Sequence record: NC_031245.1
DNA: 64,000 nucleotides
Reading direction: 5' to 3' (one strand)
Shown: positions 28,178 to 37,935 of the stretch, in pieces
Layout: each line of letters opens with the position of its first letter
Numbering within the stretch: the stretch's first letter is position 1
The notes under the pieces: generated by a model
What the model saw: the letters and a program-made list of their open reading frames with translations, nothing else
Database searches by the model: none
Told to the model about the DNA's origin: nothing
Program-made: the position numbers and the translations under genes

Positions 28178-28477
28178 ATGGACTACAGTAAAGCTCTCTT
28201 CGTTATCAGAATTGCTGTAGACTACATAGAATCCGCAACTAGAAAAGGCGACTCGTTCATAGAATCCGTACATAGTGCAATTGAGTTTCTAAAAGAATCT
28301 CCAACGTGCTGGAGTATCATAGAAGAATGCGAATTATCAGAGTATATTCAATCATTAATCATATCTGAAAGTACCTTTCGTCAAGAACAATTACTCATGG
28401 ATGAAATTCTACCTGAGTCAATGAAGACTGAACTAATTGATGGATTGATATCAAACTTATGTGTATCTAAAGTTTGA
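28178..28477 (+). CDS. hypothetical protein
   Basis: ORF track; AAGGAGG RBS. Confidence 0.8.
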   Translation: MDYSKALFVIRIAVDYIESATRKGDSFIESVHSAIEFLKESPTCWSIIEECELSEYIQSLIISESTFRQEQLLMDEILPESMKTELIDGLISNLCVSKV

Positions 28478-28543
28478 TATCGGTACATTAATTAATAATA
28501 ATACTTAATTAATACATATAGATAATTCTGGAGGGTACTTAAA

Positions 28544-28957
28544 ATGTATAACAATATTACAACTACAAGATTGGTTAATCATATAATAGATAGTGTGACA
28601 GAGAATGTTACTGAACTTGAAGGTAAGAAACCTAGTTCTGAAGAGATAGCTGTAGACTTGACTATCAAATTAGCAGTTGAGTCTACCGATAAATTGATAG
28701 AAGATGGAGATATTAAAGTAAATGCTATTGAGGATACAGAAGGTCATTTCAGAGTAGACTTACGTCATACAGATTTTGAGTTAATTAGTATGTTAACTCT
28801 AGGGTTAGCTAAGAAAATACCTGAGGCTAATAGATTTCACTTCTATAACTATCAGGAAATCAAAGTAGTTGAAACTTCATACGACTTAAAGTCAAATCAA
28901 TTCTTGATGTTTCCAGTTAATCCTATAGAATACTTAACTTTAGAATTCATTGTATAG
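28544..28957 (+). CDS. hypothetical protein
   Basis: ORF track; GGAGG RBS. Confidence 0.8.
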   Translation: MYNNITTTRLVNHIIDSVTENVTELEGKKPSSEEIAVDLTIKLAVESTDKLIEDGDIKVNAIEDTEGHFRVDLRHTDFELISMLTLGLAKKIPEANRFHFYNYQEIKVVETSYDLKSNQFLMFPVNPIEYLTLEFIV

Positions 28958-28966
28958 GAGGTAGTA

Positions 28967-29326
28967 ATGATGTCTAGAGAAAAGGATCAAGACATCGCTC
29001 AATATTTATTCGGATGGACTAATTTTTCTACGGTCGATGGAGAGTTATATGGAGTAGAACCAAATGGCAAAGAATCTATCGTACCTCGTTATTCTTCCAA
29101 CATTGTCGATGCAGAAAAGATATTAGAGAAAGTATCAAGGTATCAGATTATTAAGAAAGGTGGAAGACTCACAACAGTAATGTTATGGGTAGGCGGAGGT
29201 ACAGCTTACTCAGGTCGAGGATTCGATATAACTGAAGCTATTACATCTTGCTTAATGATTTGGATTAATAGAAAGATTAAGGACTGCAGGGATGGTTCTT
29301 GTACTAATCCTGAACATAACCACTAA
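28967..29326 (+). CDS. phage ABA-sandwich-domain-like protein
   Basis: IAQYLFGW..PRYSSNIVDAEKILEK. Confidence 0.55.
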   Translation: MMSREKDQDIAQYLFGWTNFSTVDGELYGVEPNGKESIVPRYSSNIVDAEKILEKVSRYQIIKKGGRLTTVMLWVGGGTAYSGRGFDITEAITSCLMIWINRKIKDCRDGSCTNPEHNH

Positions 29327-29349
29327 GAGTCAGTATCACTGGCTCTTTT
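29325..29349 (+). terminator. terminator-like hairpin overlapping next promoter
   Basis: AAGAGTCAG-TATCA-CTGGCTCTT-TT. Confidence 0.55.
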
Positions 29350-29370
29350 GGAGTCCCTGAAACGTTTATA
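29342..29370 (+). promoter_or_regulatory. phage-specific bipartite promoter motif
   Basis: GCTCTTTT-N10-AAACGTTTATA. Confidence 0.75.
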
Positions 29371-29406
29371 TGTTTGGAGAGGTGGATAACCAAAGGAGGA
29401 ATCAGT

Positions 29407-29670
29407 ATGTTAACGACAACAGTGTTTATTGCGTCAGTCAGTATTCCTACAGTTCACTTAATTAGGAAAGAAATAAAGTACCGTAAAAGTCAGAGAAAAT
29501 TGAAAGATTTATCCAGATGTATCGATGAAGCTTATGATCAAGTAGTAAATGGTCAATCTTCTGATATATGGACTGCTCTGAAAGTTGAAATAGATAATAC
29601 GATACTAGACAATCCGAAGTTATATGGAGCTAAATCCGTCGTAACAACTCCTGCAGTTAATATCCGATAA
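29407..29670 (+). CDS. hypothetical protein
   Basis: ATG 29407 after GGAGGA. Confidence 0.75.
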   Translation: MLTTTVFIASVSIPTVHLIRKEIKYRKSQRKLKDLSRCIDEAYDQVVNGQSSDIWTALKVEIDNTILDNPKLYGAKSVVTTPAVNIR

Positions 29671-29680
29671 TAATACGGAG

Positions 29681-30049
29681 GTGTTCCTAATGGGAATGAA
29701 GAAAACCCTGAAACAATTGTCACACGAAATAGTAGACTGCATGGCTGATATAAATGAAAGTTCAGTATCTAATGAGTCTATTGTCACAAGGTTAGGTAAG
29801 ATAAGTTTGAAACTTGATGAACTTGTATCGTCAAATACTCAACAAGTACCTTATATAACTTTGTGGGGAAATAGTCGAGAGATGTCAAATTTATCACGAG
29901 GTGAGTCATCTTACCTTTCAAGTCAACATATTCCAGGACTCAACTTCCAAGTTTCAGTGCCGTTATCGTCGATTAAAATGGCTGATGAACAGTTCGCTAA
30001 TACTTCAGCTACTAGGTACGAAGTTCTTCCTAGGGAAGAGTGGGACTGA
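29681..30049 (+). CDS. hypothetical protein
   Basis: ORF track. Confidence 0.75.
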   Translation: MFLMGMKKTLKQLSHEIVDCMADINESSVSNESIVTRLGKISLKLDELVSSNTQQVPYITLWGNSREMSNLSRGESSYLSSQHIPGLNFQVSVPLSSIKMADEQFANTSATRYEVLPREEWD

Positions 30050-30052
30050 TTT

Positions 30053-30304
30053 ATGAATCTTTATAGAGAGGTTACTTTAGAAGAACTTGATAAAGAATTA
30101 AATGAAGAACTGGAACTTATCGATAATAGGGGACTCGTATTGAAGTCTCTTGAAATGGATAATATGTCTGGATTACGTAAAGCTCTAGTCAGACAGTTTG
30201 GTAGAGGTACTGGTCATAAAGCTAAGAGGCTGAAAGTCCTCTACCAATCCAGATTGGATATCATAAATGGCAAGAAAATATATACGGACTTGTGGAAGGA
30301 GTGA
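30053..30304 (+). CDS. hypothetical protein
   Basis: ORF track. Confidence 0.75.
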   Translation: MNLYREVTLEELDKELNEELELIDNRGLVLKSLEMDNMSGLRKALVRQFGRGTGHKAKRLKVLYQSRLDIINGKKIYTDLWKE

Positions 30305-30321
30305 TTTAAGGAGGTGATATA

Positions 30322-30552
30322 ATGCCTAAGTTCACTAGGATCAATTGTGACACGTGCATTGCTTGTGGTGCATGTGGAATGAGTGCTCCAGATGTATACG
30401 ACTATGACGATGAAGGTTTAGCCTACTCAACCCTTGATGAAAATAAAGGTCAGATACCAGTCCCAGAAGAACTAGTGGACGATGTACTTGACGCATTTGA
30501 AGGATGCCCATCTGGTTCAGTTCGAGTCCAAGATACTCCATTCAACGATTAA
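30322..30552 (+). CDS. fer: 4Fe-4S ferredoxin (Bacillus Fer-like)
   Basis: CIACGAC..APDVYDYDDEG..GCPSGSV. Confidence 0.93.
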   Translation: MPKFTRINCDTCIACGACGMSAPDVYDYDDEGLAYSTLDENKGQIPVPEELVDDVLDAFEGCPSGSVRVQDTPFND

Positions 30553-30566
30553 GGGGATGATAATAC

Positions 30567-30944
30567 ATGCGAAAACACATATTCAGAGCGTATCCTGAAG
30601 ATAGGTATACCAAAATTCCTTATGTAGATATTTGTGAAGGTAGCAATCCTAACAAACCTATATGGTTGATGGCTATTTCATTTCCAACGTCACCTAGACC
30701 TAATAAAATCGTAACAGAGATTATCAGGAAACCTGAGAAGACTTTATTGGGTAGGATTCAATGGAAAAGAATTCCTGAAGATACAAGTATTCCTAAAGCT
30801 CAAGTCGAGAAGTGGGCTAGAGATGCGGTAGATTACATCAATAGACATCTAGATGGGGATTTCCCTTATCCTGCTGAGTACGTTGATGTATTCGTAGGTA
30901 CTCCTAAAGTCAACTTTGGTACTTGTAAAATACCGAAATGGTGA
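30567..30944 (+). CDS. hypothetical protein
   Basis: ORF track. Confidence 0.75.
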   Translation: MRKHIFRAYPEDRYTKIPYVDICEGSNPNKPIWLMAISFPTSPRPNKIVTEIIRKPEKTLLGRIQWKRIPEDTSIPKAQVEKWARDAVDYINRHLDGDFPYPAEYVDVFVGTPKVNFGTCKIPKW

Positions 30945-31076
30945 AACCGCCCGCCACGAGCGAAAACAACGGTTTTAAATGGGGAAGCGATATTTTTGGT
31001 GACCTCGTCACCTTATCCGCTCGAATTCGAGCGTGATCTTTCCCCATTTCTCACATAGTCAAGGAGGTACTCACCT

Positions 31077-31232
31077 ATGCAACGTTGTTCCTATTGTAAT
31101 AAACCCGACCCTACGGTTGATCGTCACCTATTTGATGGTATGTGTTCGAGTTGTACCAATCGAGCACTCGACGACCCATCCGTATCTCGTCAAGCGGAGG
31201 AGAATAACAAGAAGCTCACTACCCAGTACTAG
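31077..31232 (+). CDS. 51-aa CxxC..CxxC protein (missed by ORF track)
   Basis: AAGGAGG RBS; MQRCSYCNKPDPTVDRHLFDGMCSSCTNR.. Confidence 0.7.
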   Translation: MQRCSYCNKPDPTVDRHLFDGMCSSCTNRALDDPSVSRQAEENNKKLTTQY

Positions 31233-31438
31233 TAGTTGATTCGCCCAATCGCCCATCACCTACTTGATCGCTCAATCACCTAGGTCATCGCCCATCAACT
31301 GCCCATCACGTAGTTGACCTGCCCTTGACCTACATTGATTGCCAATACACTAAGTTGATGCCCACCTAGCCCGCACCCCGACTCACTAGCTATGTGGTCA
31401 TCTTAGTAACGCCTACCTATTCGTCGGCTCTATAGGAG

Positions 31439-31669
31439 GTGATCGTCGACATGCAATATTCCATCTACTCCTTGCCTAGCCTTCCTTATTATTGGTTTGC
31501 TATCGCAATGTTATGTATTTGGTGGCTACGCTCGTTCCGTAAGATTAACATCAAGTCGACATCAAAGAAGCATATTCGGTCGTTACTTTGTCAATTAATT
31601 ATAATTTCGGCTATCGCCGTATTCTCGACAATAATGCTCCTAATAACAACGACCGACTATACTAACTAA
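31439..31669 (+). CDS. small membrane protein
   Basis: two hydrophobic segments; AGGAGGTG RBS. Confidence 0.65.
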   Translation: MIVDMQYSIYSLPSLPYYWFAIAMLCIWWLRSFRKINIKSTSKKHIRSLLCQLIIISAIAVFSTIMLLITTTDYTN

Positions 31670-31730
31670 CTGCCGACCTGAAATGGCTAACCGAGCCAAC
31701 TTACTATCATACTAAGGAGGTATTCACTTA

Positions 31731-32021
31731 ATGCCCGAATTACAAATCGCCGAATCCCATGGTCTCCAAGATGTACTTGTATTTCAATTATGCGATTGCG
31801 ACTCCGTCGCTGCATATACTCTCGATGAAGCTATTGATTGGTACAAGAACCTTACTGGTCTCACCGACGATGAGCTCTATCCCTATGATGAGATAGAAAC
31901 TGTCCCATTTGACTATCAAGTCCGTATTAGTGAGAGTGACTCTACTCTTACAACTGTACGTCAAATAGTTGATCAACTTTGGGATGGTACACCATTTATC
32001 GTTACATCAAAGGGAGTGTAA
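31731..32021 (+). CDS. hypothetical protein
   Basis: ORF track; AAGGAGG RBS. Confidence 0.8.
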   Translation: MPELQIAESHGLQDVLVFQLCDCDSVAAYTLDEAIDWYKNLTGLTDDELYPYDEIETVPFDYQVRISESDSTLTTVRQIVDQLWDGTPFIVTSKGV

Positions 32022-32027
32022 TCATTA

Positions 32028-32384
32028 ATGAAGAAACTTACTGTACTAGCACTACTTGCTCTATTCCTTGTAGCATGTAGTGCTTCTGAAATTAGGAGTG
32101 AAGCTGAATCAACTAAGGACTATCGAGTAACTAAATTAGAGAATGTCAACTGGACTACGACATCGGAGTACATAGTTGATGAACGGACAGGTTGTCTATA
32201 CATACATGTTAGATCCAAGGATTCATTCTCTACTCCAGTATATGATAGTCGAGGACAAGTTGTTGGGTGTAAGGATATACCTGATGGTACTCCAGTAGAG
32301 GATTACCTCGATGGGACTTCACCTATAAAGGAACAGAGTACTTCAGAGTCTACTAAGGATAGTTCATTAGATAATTCATTTTAG
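32028..32384 (+). CDS. lipoprotein (DUF6440-like)
   Basis: signal peptide with lipobox LVAC; YIVDERTGCLYI. Confidence 0.75.
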   Translation: MKKLTVLALLALFLVACSASEIRSEAESTKDYRVTKLENVNWTTTSEYIVDERTGCLYIHVRSKDSFSTPVYDSRGQVVGCKDIPDGTPVEDYLDGTSPIKEQSTSESTKDSSLDNSF

Positions 32385-32401
32385 ATTAGGAGGACTAACT
32401 T

Positions 32402-32644
32402 ATGGGCAAGGATCTATATAAAGCATTGATTGATACTATATGGGAGCTCCAAGATGGATTTACTTCTGATGAACTTGAACAGGCACTGGACACTAAAGGT
32501 ATTGAGGTTAAGGATATTAATGGACTACTTGATTTTCTATCAGGTATACTTATCAAGGAGGATGGACGTTACTACGTGAATGTAGTTGATATGTTCTATA
32601 GAGTCTATCCCCAATATAAAAATCGAGGTGATAATAATGATTAA
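32402..32644 (+). CDS. hypothetical protein
   Basis: ORF track; AGGAGG RBS. Confidence 0.8.
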   Translation: MGKDLYKALIDTIWELQDGFTSDELEQALDTKGIEVKDINGLLDFLSGILIKEDGRYYVNVVDMFYRVYPQYKNRGDNND

Positions 32645-32906
32645 ACGTACGTTTACTAACGAGCAGAATGAACTACGTGAATTAATGTACAGATATACTG
32701 ATAGGCAGACTAAGCTGATTAACGAGTATAAGGAAGCTAAGGAGGACAATGATGTTGAGGCTCAAGTTACTAATGAAGTACTGCAACGTCAATGTCGTAT
32801 TATGATAGCTGAATTGTTTACTACAATGAAAGCTGTAGGTGCACTAGACGAGGAAGAACTAGAGTTTGGATCTATTAAATCTAGGGAGGTAGTTAGTAAT
32901 GCGTAA
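32637..32906 (+). CDS. hypothetical coiled-coil protein
   Basis: ATG 32637 after GAGGTG. Confidence 0.75.
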   Translation: MIKRTFTNEQNELRELMYRYTDRQTKLINEYKEAKEDNDVEAQVTNEVLQRQCRIMIAELFTTMKAVGALDEEELEFGSIKSREVVSNA

Positions 32907-33150
32907 GGAATTAACACTAGGGGAATTCATTGAGATGACCAAGGACTTGCCTAGAGGTACTAAAATTGTAGCACCTACAAGTAATACAATGGAAATGGGT
33001 TATAGTCTAGTTGATGCTAACTGCCGATTGGTTAGTATCAAGAAGGAAACTAAGCACTTTAAGGATGCATTTGATCATACTCCTTATTCCGTCGAAGTAT
33101 ATCAACAGGACAAGACTAGTAACGAGCAGGTAATCTTGATTCAAGGATAG
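32899..33150 (+). CDS. hypothetical protein
   Basis: ORF track. Confidence 0.8.
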   Translation: MRKELTLGEFIEMTKDLPRGTKIVAPTSNTMEMGYSLVDANCRLVSIKKETKHFKDAFDHTPYSVEVYQQDKTSNEQVILIQG

Positions 33151-33160
33151 GAGTGATTCG

Positions 33161-33394
33161 ATGCCACGTGTAGGTATGAATGTACAAGAATTCAATGATT
33201 TTATGAAGAAGTGCAAGAAACTAGGACTACTTAAAGTCCGCTATGTGTCTCCAACTATCCACATAGGCTCTAAGCACGTAGTTGCTATGAAGATAGTTAG
33301 TACATATGAGACCAAGGAGTTTACGATAACTAACAATCCAGATGAGGATTTCAATTTGAATAAAGCTGTCAATGAATACGTAGATAGCTTATAG
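33161..33394 (+). CDS. hypothetical protein
   Basis: ORF track. Confidence 0.8.
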   Translation: MPRVGMNVQEFNDFMKKCKKLGLLKVRYVSPTIHIGSKHVVAMKIVSTYETKEFTITNNPDEDFNLNKAVNEYVDSL

Positions 33395-33407
33395 AGGAGA
33401 TTTTACA

Positions 33408-34133
33408 ATGAAATACCTATTTAAAGAACCACTAGTCGAAGGTATAATCAAATCAAGACCTAACCGATTCATAATGGAGGTATTGATCGATGGTGAAGTC
33501 CTTAGGTGCCACTGCCCTTCGACTGGACGTATTGGTAACATTAAATTCGAGGACATACCTTGTCTATTATCTAAAGCAGCTAGTGGACGTAAGACTCCAT
33601 ATACTGTAGAAGCATTTTCTCTTGACCCTATCGATAAAGAAGACAAGTCTTGGATTGGTATCAATCAATCCAAATCCAATCGATATATCAAGCACTTCCT
33701 ATCTAACAATGAACTATCTATGTTCTCCCATGTAGATAAGGTAAAGCCTGAGGTCAAGGTAGGTAAGTCTCGTCTTGATTTCAAAGTTAACGATAAGGAT
33801 TACGTTGAAGTCAAAACTATGCTAGCTATGATTGACTGTAGTGGTCATCCTAAAGCTAAGGGAGGAGTCAAGCATAGCCTTAGTGTGGATCGACTCCTCA
33901 AACATTATGCTCAGCTAGGAGAATTAACAGTTGATGGAAGTCGAGCTATTGTCATTACTTGTTTTACATACGATGCTGACATGTTTCAGCCACCTGAACA
34001 TGACGGAGAGCGTGTAACTGAAATACGAGAACGTATCGAAGATGCTACGAATCACGGAGTGGAACAGTGGCAAGTAAATCTAGGTATCGATAAATATGGA
34101 GTATCACTACTCAAGTGTTTTAAGATAAAATAA
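33408..34133 (+). CDS. sfsA: SfsA-family protein (PD-(D/E)XK nuclease fold)
   Basis: RPNRF, CHCPSTGRI, EVKVGKSRLDF, YVEVK. Confidence 0.88.
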   Translation: MKYLFKEPLVEGIIKSRPNRFIMEVLIDGEVLRCHCPSTGRIGNIKFEDIPCLLSKAASGRKTPYTVEAFSLDPIDKEDKSWIGINQSKSNRYIKHFLSNNELSMFSHVDKVKPEVKVGKSRLDFKVNDKDYVEVKTMLAMIDCSGHPKAKGGVKHSLSVDRLLKHYAQLGELTVDGSRAIVITCFTYDADMFQPPEHDGERVTEIRERIEDATNHGVEQWQVNLGIDKYGVSLLKCFKIK

Positions 34134-34153
34134 AACTTCTAGGAGGAGACATC

Positions 34154-34582
34154 GTGAATTTTAACATTATTCAGGGAGGACTAGGTTCTGGTAAGACTAC
34201 GTTCCTAGTCAATGTTCTTAGTGAAAGGGCAGTAAGTACTTCTAAAATTCTTGTCGTAACTCAATCCAATCTTCATTGTGACATACTAAAGAAGAAGTTG
34301 AAGGATAAGTTCGAAGCTATTCATACTTTAGCAGCTGATAAACCTTGTTCTTTAGTCGAGGAGATTACTATAGTGTCACGTGGTTCTAAGTACGACATAA
34401 TTGTGGTTGATTTACCAAACATTACCGCAATAGACCTAATGGATCTATATTCTTATATAGGAACTAAAGATTTAGATGCATTTGTTACAGATACTGCTGC
34501 TGATCAACCGTTAGTCCTTAAGAACTACAAATCTGGAAGAACTTGGAGGATACCTAAATGCCTAACACCTTCTATTATATGA
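34154..34582 (+). CDS. short P-loop NTPase-like protein
   Basis: GGLGSGKTT Walker A; IIVVD. Confidence 0.6.
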   Translation: MNFNIIQGGLGSGKTTFLVNVLSERAVSTSKILVVTQSNLHCDILKKKLKDKFEAIHTLAADKPCSLVEEITIVSRGSKYDIIVVDLPNITAIDLMDLYSYIGTKDLDAFVTDTAADQPLVLKNYKSGRTWRIPKCLTPSII

Positions 34583-34872
34583 TAAATGAGGGAGAATTTG
34601 AAGACTACGATCAAGTGACTCTAGGTCATGAAAAGGAATTCACTGCTGTAGAGTTTGCCGAGATCTATAATAAAGCTTTAAGTCTGATGAAATCCCGAGA
34701 ACAATTTATAAACATCAATAGTCTAGTGGAGACTTTAGTAGAATCATTTGGATTCCACAGTACTAATCCTGTAGTAAATATATTTACTACGTATAATGGC
34801 AAATATGTGGAAGTAGATACTTCTAAGGTAACAATACCGTCGATTATTGTAGATAATTGCAAGAAGGAGTGA
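34558..34872 (+). CDS. hypothetical protein
   Basis: ORF track. Confidence 0.75.
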   Translation: MPNTFYYMINEGEFEDYDQVTLGHEKEFTAVEFAEIYNKALSLMKSREQFININSLVETLVESFGFHSTNPVVNIFTTYNGKYVEVDTSKVTIPSIIVDNCKKE

Positions 34873-34876
34873 AATT

Positions 34877-35983
34877 ATGATAACTACGATTATATCACCT
34901 AAAGGTACAGTAACATCCCGTGAAGGGTTCACTGCTGAGCAACTATCTCGATATCGCATCTATAATAGTAGGGAATTACGAGTTGAGAAAGCTAGTATGT
35001 CCAGGTCAGATGATAGATTTATTGATAGCTTAGAATTCCTAACTCGAAAAGGGTACATAGTTATTGAGAGATCGGGTGATTCATCTATAGAAATTCATAC
35101 TAATAGTCCTCGAGTTGTAACTCCTGGTCAGTATATCGCTCTTATTCAAGGACTATATACTTGGGATGAATTCATGATTCATTCTCTAGTTACTCATGGC
35201 TTCATTGAAGAGGATGTAACGCAATTGAATATTAGTGTAGCTCTTAAGGCTATTTTCGACAGCACGAATAAGTACTATTATGATAAGTTCAGGTCATTAG
35301 GATGTAATACCCACGACTATAATAGGGATTCATCTCAAATTGAATACCTATTCACACTCCTGGATCGATCCCTAGAGTTAAAGGATGATAAAAGAGCAAA
35401 AGAACTAGTTCAGGCGGTAAGCCTTGCTCTTAGGGGATTCAATGAGTTCTGTGAGGATGAAACTAGTCATGATATGTTAGTCGAGAATTACCTATCTCGT
35501 AAAAGGGACTTAGTCCGAGAAGGTAGCTATATCTCTGACTATGTTGTAAATATCCGTAGGTATGTAGGCATTGATAAATACCTGGATTACGGACTATCAG
35601 GTTACCTAGCTCCAGATGGTCAATTCTATGAATGTCGTCATCAAGAACATGACACTGTAGCTCAGAAACTAGTTGAGAAATATAAACTAGATGTCCGTAA
35701 CATAAACTCAAATCGGTTAGGCGACTTCATTAAATTTGGGATAAGTCCTTGGATTAATAATAAGATAGGTGACCATGGATGCCACGTATTTCTTAACTTG
35801 GACGAGAAGTACAGTCCAACTAAGGAGCAAGTCCAGTGGCTAGAGAACAATTGGCACAGAATGACTGATAAACAAGCAGTTGAGTTACTAAGGAATTTAC
35901 GTCACTTTGGACTCGACACTAAATTCAAAGAAATACAATCAAAATTGATCACGAATAGACAGGAGGATACTACTAATGTTTAA
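34877..35983 (+). CDS. hypothetical protein
   Basis: 368-aa ORF; GYLAPDGQFYEC..EH motif. Confidence 0.8.
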   Translation: MITTIISPKGTVTSREGFTAEQLSRYRIYNSRELRVEKASMSRSDDRFIDSLEFLTRKGYIVIERSGDSSIEIHTNSPRVVTPGQYIALIQGLYTWDEFMIHSLVTHGFIEEDVTQLNISVALKAIFDSTNKYYYDKFRSLGCNTHDYNRDSSQIEYLFTLLDRSLELKDDKRAKELVQAVSLALRGFNEFCEDETSHDMLVENYLSRKRDLVREGSYISDYVVNIRRYVGIDKYLDYGLSGYLAPDGQFYECRHQEHDTVAQKLVEKYKLDVRNINSNRLGDFIKFGISPWINNKIGDHGCHVFLNLDEKYSPTKEQVQWLENNWHRMTDKQAVELLRNLRHFGLDTKFKEIQSKLITNRQEDTTNV

Positions 35984-36656
35984 GGAGAATCAAGGACTAG
36001 ATCCAGAAGAGCTTCTACCATTTTGTACCAGATGTTTTGGAGTAGGTATAAGTTATGGTGAAGACGATAACTCTAATTTCTGTCATATGTGTGGTAGTCA
36101 AAACACATGTGTACCTATGAAGAGGGAAGCAATAGCTTACACTCAATCCAATATCGATAATCTCGTAAAAACTAATAAATCAAGACGTTATACTGAAGAA
36201 GATTGTGTAAGAGATACTCGAGAACATATTCAACATGTTCAGGAGTATATGTCACAAATGGCTAATAAGATTATAATCAGAGGACTTGTTCATGATGCAT
36301 CCAAGCTAGAGTCACCTGAATTGGAGACATTCACTGAATATACTCCTAAATTAGCTAACACGACTTATGGCTCTGAGGAGTACTTTAAGTCCTTAGAAGG
36401 TATGAAAGTCGCATTGAACCACCATTACCAGATGAATTCTCATCATCCTGAACACTACGAGAATGGAATCAACGGTATGGATCTACTCGACCTCGTCGAA
36501 ATGATATGTGACTGGAAAGCTGCAACTCTAAGACATAATGATGGAGACATCAAGAAAAGTCTAGAGACTAATCGTGGTAGATTCAAGATCGATAGTCAAC
36601 TATACGAGATTCTTTCAAATACGATTGATCGTTACTTCAATCAATATTCCAAATAA
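35976..36656 (+). CDS. HD-superfamily protein (DUF5662-like) with N-terminal Zn ribbon
   Basis: CTRC..CHMC; HIQHV, HDASK, HHYQMNSHHPEHY, EMICDW. Confidence 0.75.
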   Translation: MFKENQGLDPEELLPFCTRCFGVGISYGEDDNSNFCHMCGSQNTCVPMKREAIAYTQSNIDNLVKTNKSRRYTEEDCVRDTREHIQHVQEYMSQMANKIIIRGLVHDASKLESPELETFTEYTPKLANTTYGSEEYFKSLEGMKVALNHHYQMNSHHPEHYENGINGMDLLDLVEMICDWKAATLRHNDGDIKKSLETNRGRFKIDSQLYEILSNTIDRYFNQYSK

Positions 36657-36657
36657 G

Positions 36658-36686
36658 GCTGGATTACTCCTCTCTGAACGTTTATA
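36658..36686 (+). promoter_or_regulatory. phage-specific bipartite promoter motif
   Basis: GCTGGATT-N10-GAACGTTTATA. Confidence 0.8.
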
Positions 36687-36719
36687 CTTGTGTAAACTGC
36701 TCGGAGAGGAGGATTTATT

Positions 36720-36926
36720 TTGGACAACAAGAAGGATCAGTGGCTATTAGTTTATATGGATCGACAAGGTGAGAGTAAGTCAGAATGGCTCAATGATAAA
36801 GCTTCAGTTGAGAGTCAAGTCAAATATTTGGTAAAGGAAGGAATTACGAACTCCAGTGTTATCAGGATTTTCCCACCTAATACCAATCTAACATCTACAG
36901 AATTTCTATTATATCAGGAGGGATAA
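36720..36926 (+). CDS. hypothetical protein
   Basis: ORF track; GAGGAGG RBS. Confidence 0.75.
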   Translation: MDNKKDQWLLVYMDRQGESKSEWLNDKASVESQVKYLVKEGITNSSVIRIFPPNTNLTSTEFLLYQEG

Positions 36927-36928
36927 CG

Positions 36929-37333
36929 ATGCCAAGTAATACAACATTGACTGAGGATGAAATAATAGAATTAATCAACTCCATGGAGATTACTGAGAGC
37001 TCTGCATCTGGAGGAGAACTTGAGTACGTTTTAGTCAAAGATACTCCAGAAAATAGGGAGAAATTGGCTAAAATTGTACCTGATTTAGATGAATATATCA
37101 AGAATATTGGTAAGCAAGATCCAGACGATGAAGACATCGAAATAAGCGTAGCTGCATTTATGTATGGACGTGCACACGTCTACTCAAAAGGTAAGTTCAT
37201 AAAGTATACGGAAGATGAAATGATCGAAATTATTGTGAATCAGGAAATGAAACTTAGGAACGTGGTTAGTCGAGTAAAAGATTATACTGATAGAATGCAG
37301 AAAGAGTTCTCGGTCGATAATCTCTTGGCATGA
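36929..37333 (+). CDS. hypothetical protein
   Basis: ORF track. Confidence 0.8.
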   Translation: MPSNTTLTEDEIIELINSMEITESSASGGELEYVLVKDTPENREKLAKIVPDLDEYIKNIGKQDPDDEDIEISVAAFMYGRAHVYSKGKFIKYTEDEMIEIIVNQEMKLRNVVSRVKDYTDRMQKEFSVDNLLA

Positions 37334-37545
37334 AACTGTTCTTTAAAGTAACATTGATAGTGGTACTAGCGTTGATGACTACGTACCCTATCGGTTACAT
37401 AATTGTAAGACTAGATCACTGTAAGGTTCACTGTTTCCAAGAAGGAGATATTCTTCTACTTATCATGACTTCAGCTTTTGGTATTACCAATCTTCTAATG
37501 CTATCGTACGTCTTAATCGAACAAAAACAAAGGAGATCATCATGA
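37330..37545 (+). CDS. small membrane protein
   Basis: two hydrophobic segments. Confidence 0.7.
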   Translation: MKLFFKVTLIVVLALMTTYPIGYIIVRLDHCKVHCFQEGDILLLIMTSAFGITNLLMLSYVLIEQKQRRSS

Positions 37546-37853
37546 AGAAACTTCTAACTAGATTCTATCGTAGTCCATACACTCGGTCATTCGTAAAAAT
37601 GGTAGTGTGTATATTTCTAGCAACACTTATAGTCCAATTTCAATACGTATTTCTAGCTAAACAGCTATTAGACGTGTTAATATGGTCAAACTCTTTAGCT
37701 TTAGCACTTGCATTCTATTATTTTATAACAATTCAGCAAAGACTCAGAAAGACTGAGGAAATCAAGAACTTTTATATCCAAGTAAATCCTGAATCTGGAG
37801 ATAAGATTATCGAAGCTCTAGAGAAAGCATATGGTGAACGTAAGTCGGAGTAG
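37542..37853 (+). CDS. small membrane protein
   Basis: two hydrophobic segments. Confidence 0.7.
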   Translation: MKKLLTRFYRSPYTRSFVKMVVCIFLATLIVQFQYVFLAKQLLDVLIWSNSLALALAFYYFITIQQRLRKTEEIKNFYIQVNPESGDKIIEALEKAYGERKSE

Positions 37854-37867
37854 ATACTCCGACTTTC

Positions 37868-37896
37868 GCTGTTTTAAGGGTTATCAGACGTTTATA
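37868..37896 (+). promoter_or_regulatory. phage-specific bipartite promoter motif
   Basis: GCTGTTTT-N10-AGACGTTTATA. Confidence 0.75.
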
Positions 37897-37935
37897 CTCT
37901 TGAGTAAGTTGTTAACTTCGAGGAGGGAGAACATA

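Noticed and set aside
31033-31239. ORF-track 68-aa protein
   Set aside because: The strong RBS serves ATG 31077 in another frame (51-aa Zn-finger ORF) instead.
35976-36656. c-di-GMP phosphodiesterase completing the signalling circuit
   Set aside because: HD-like, but with no GYP motif and no EAL domain; there is no sequence support for c-di-GMP specificity.
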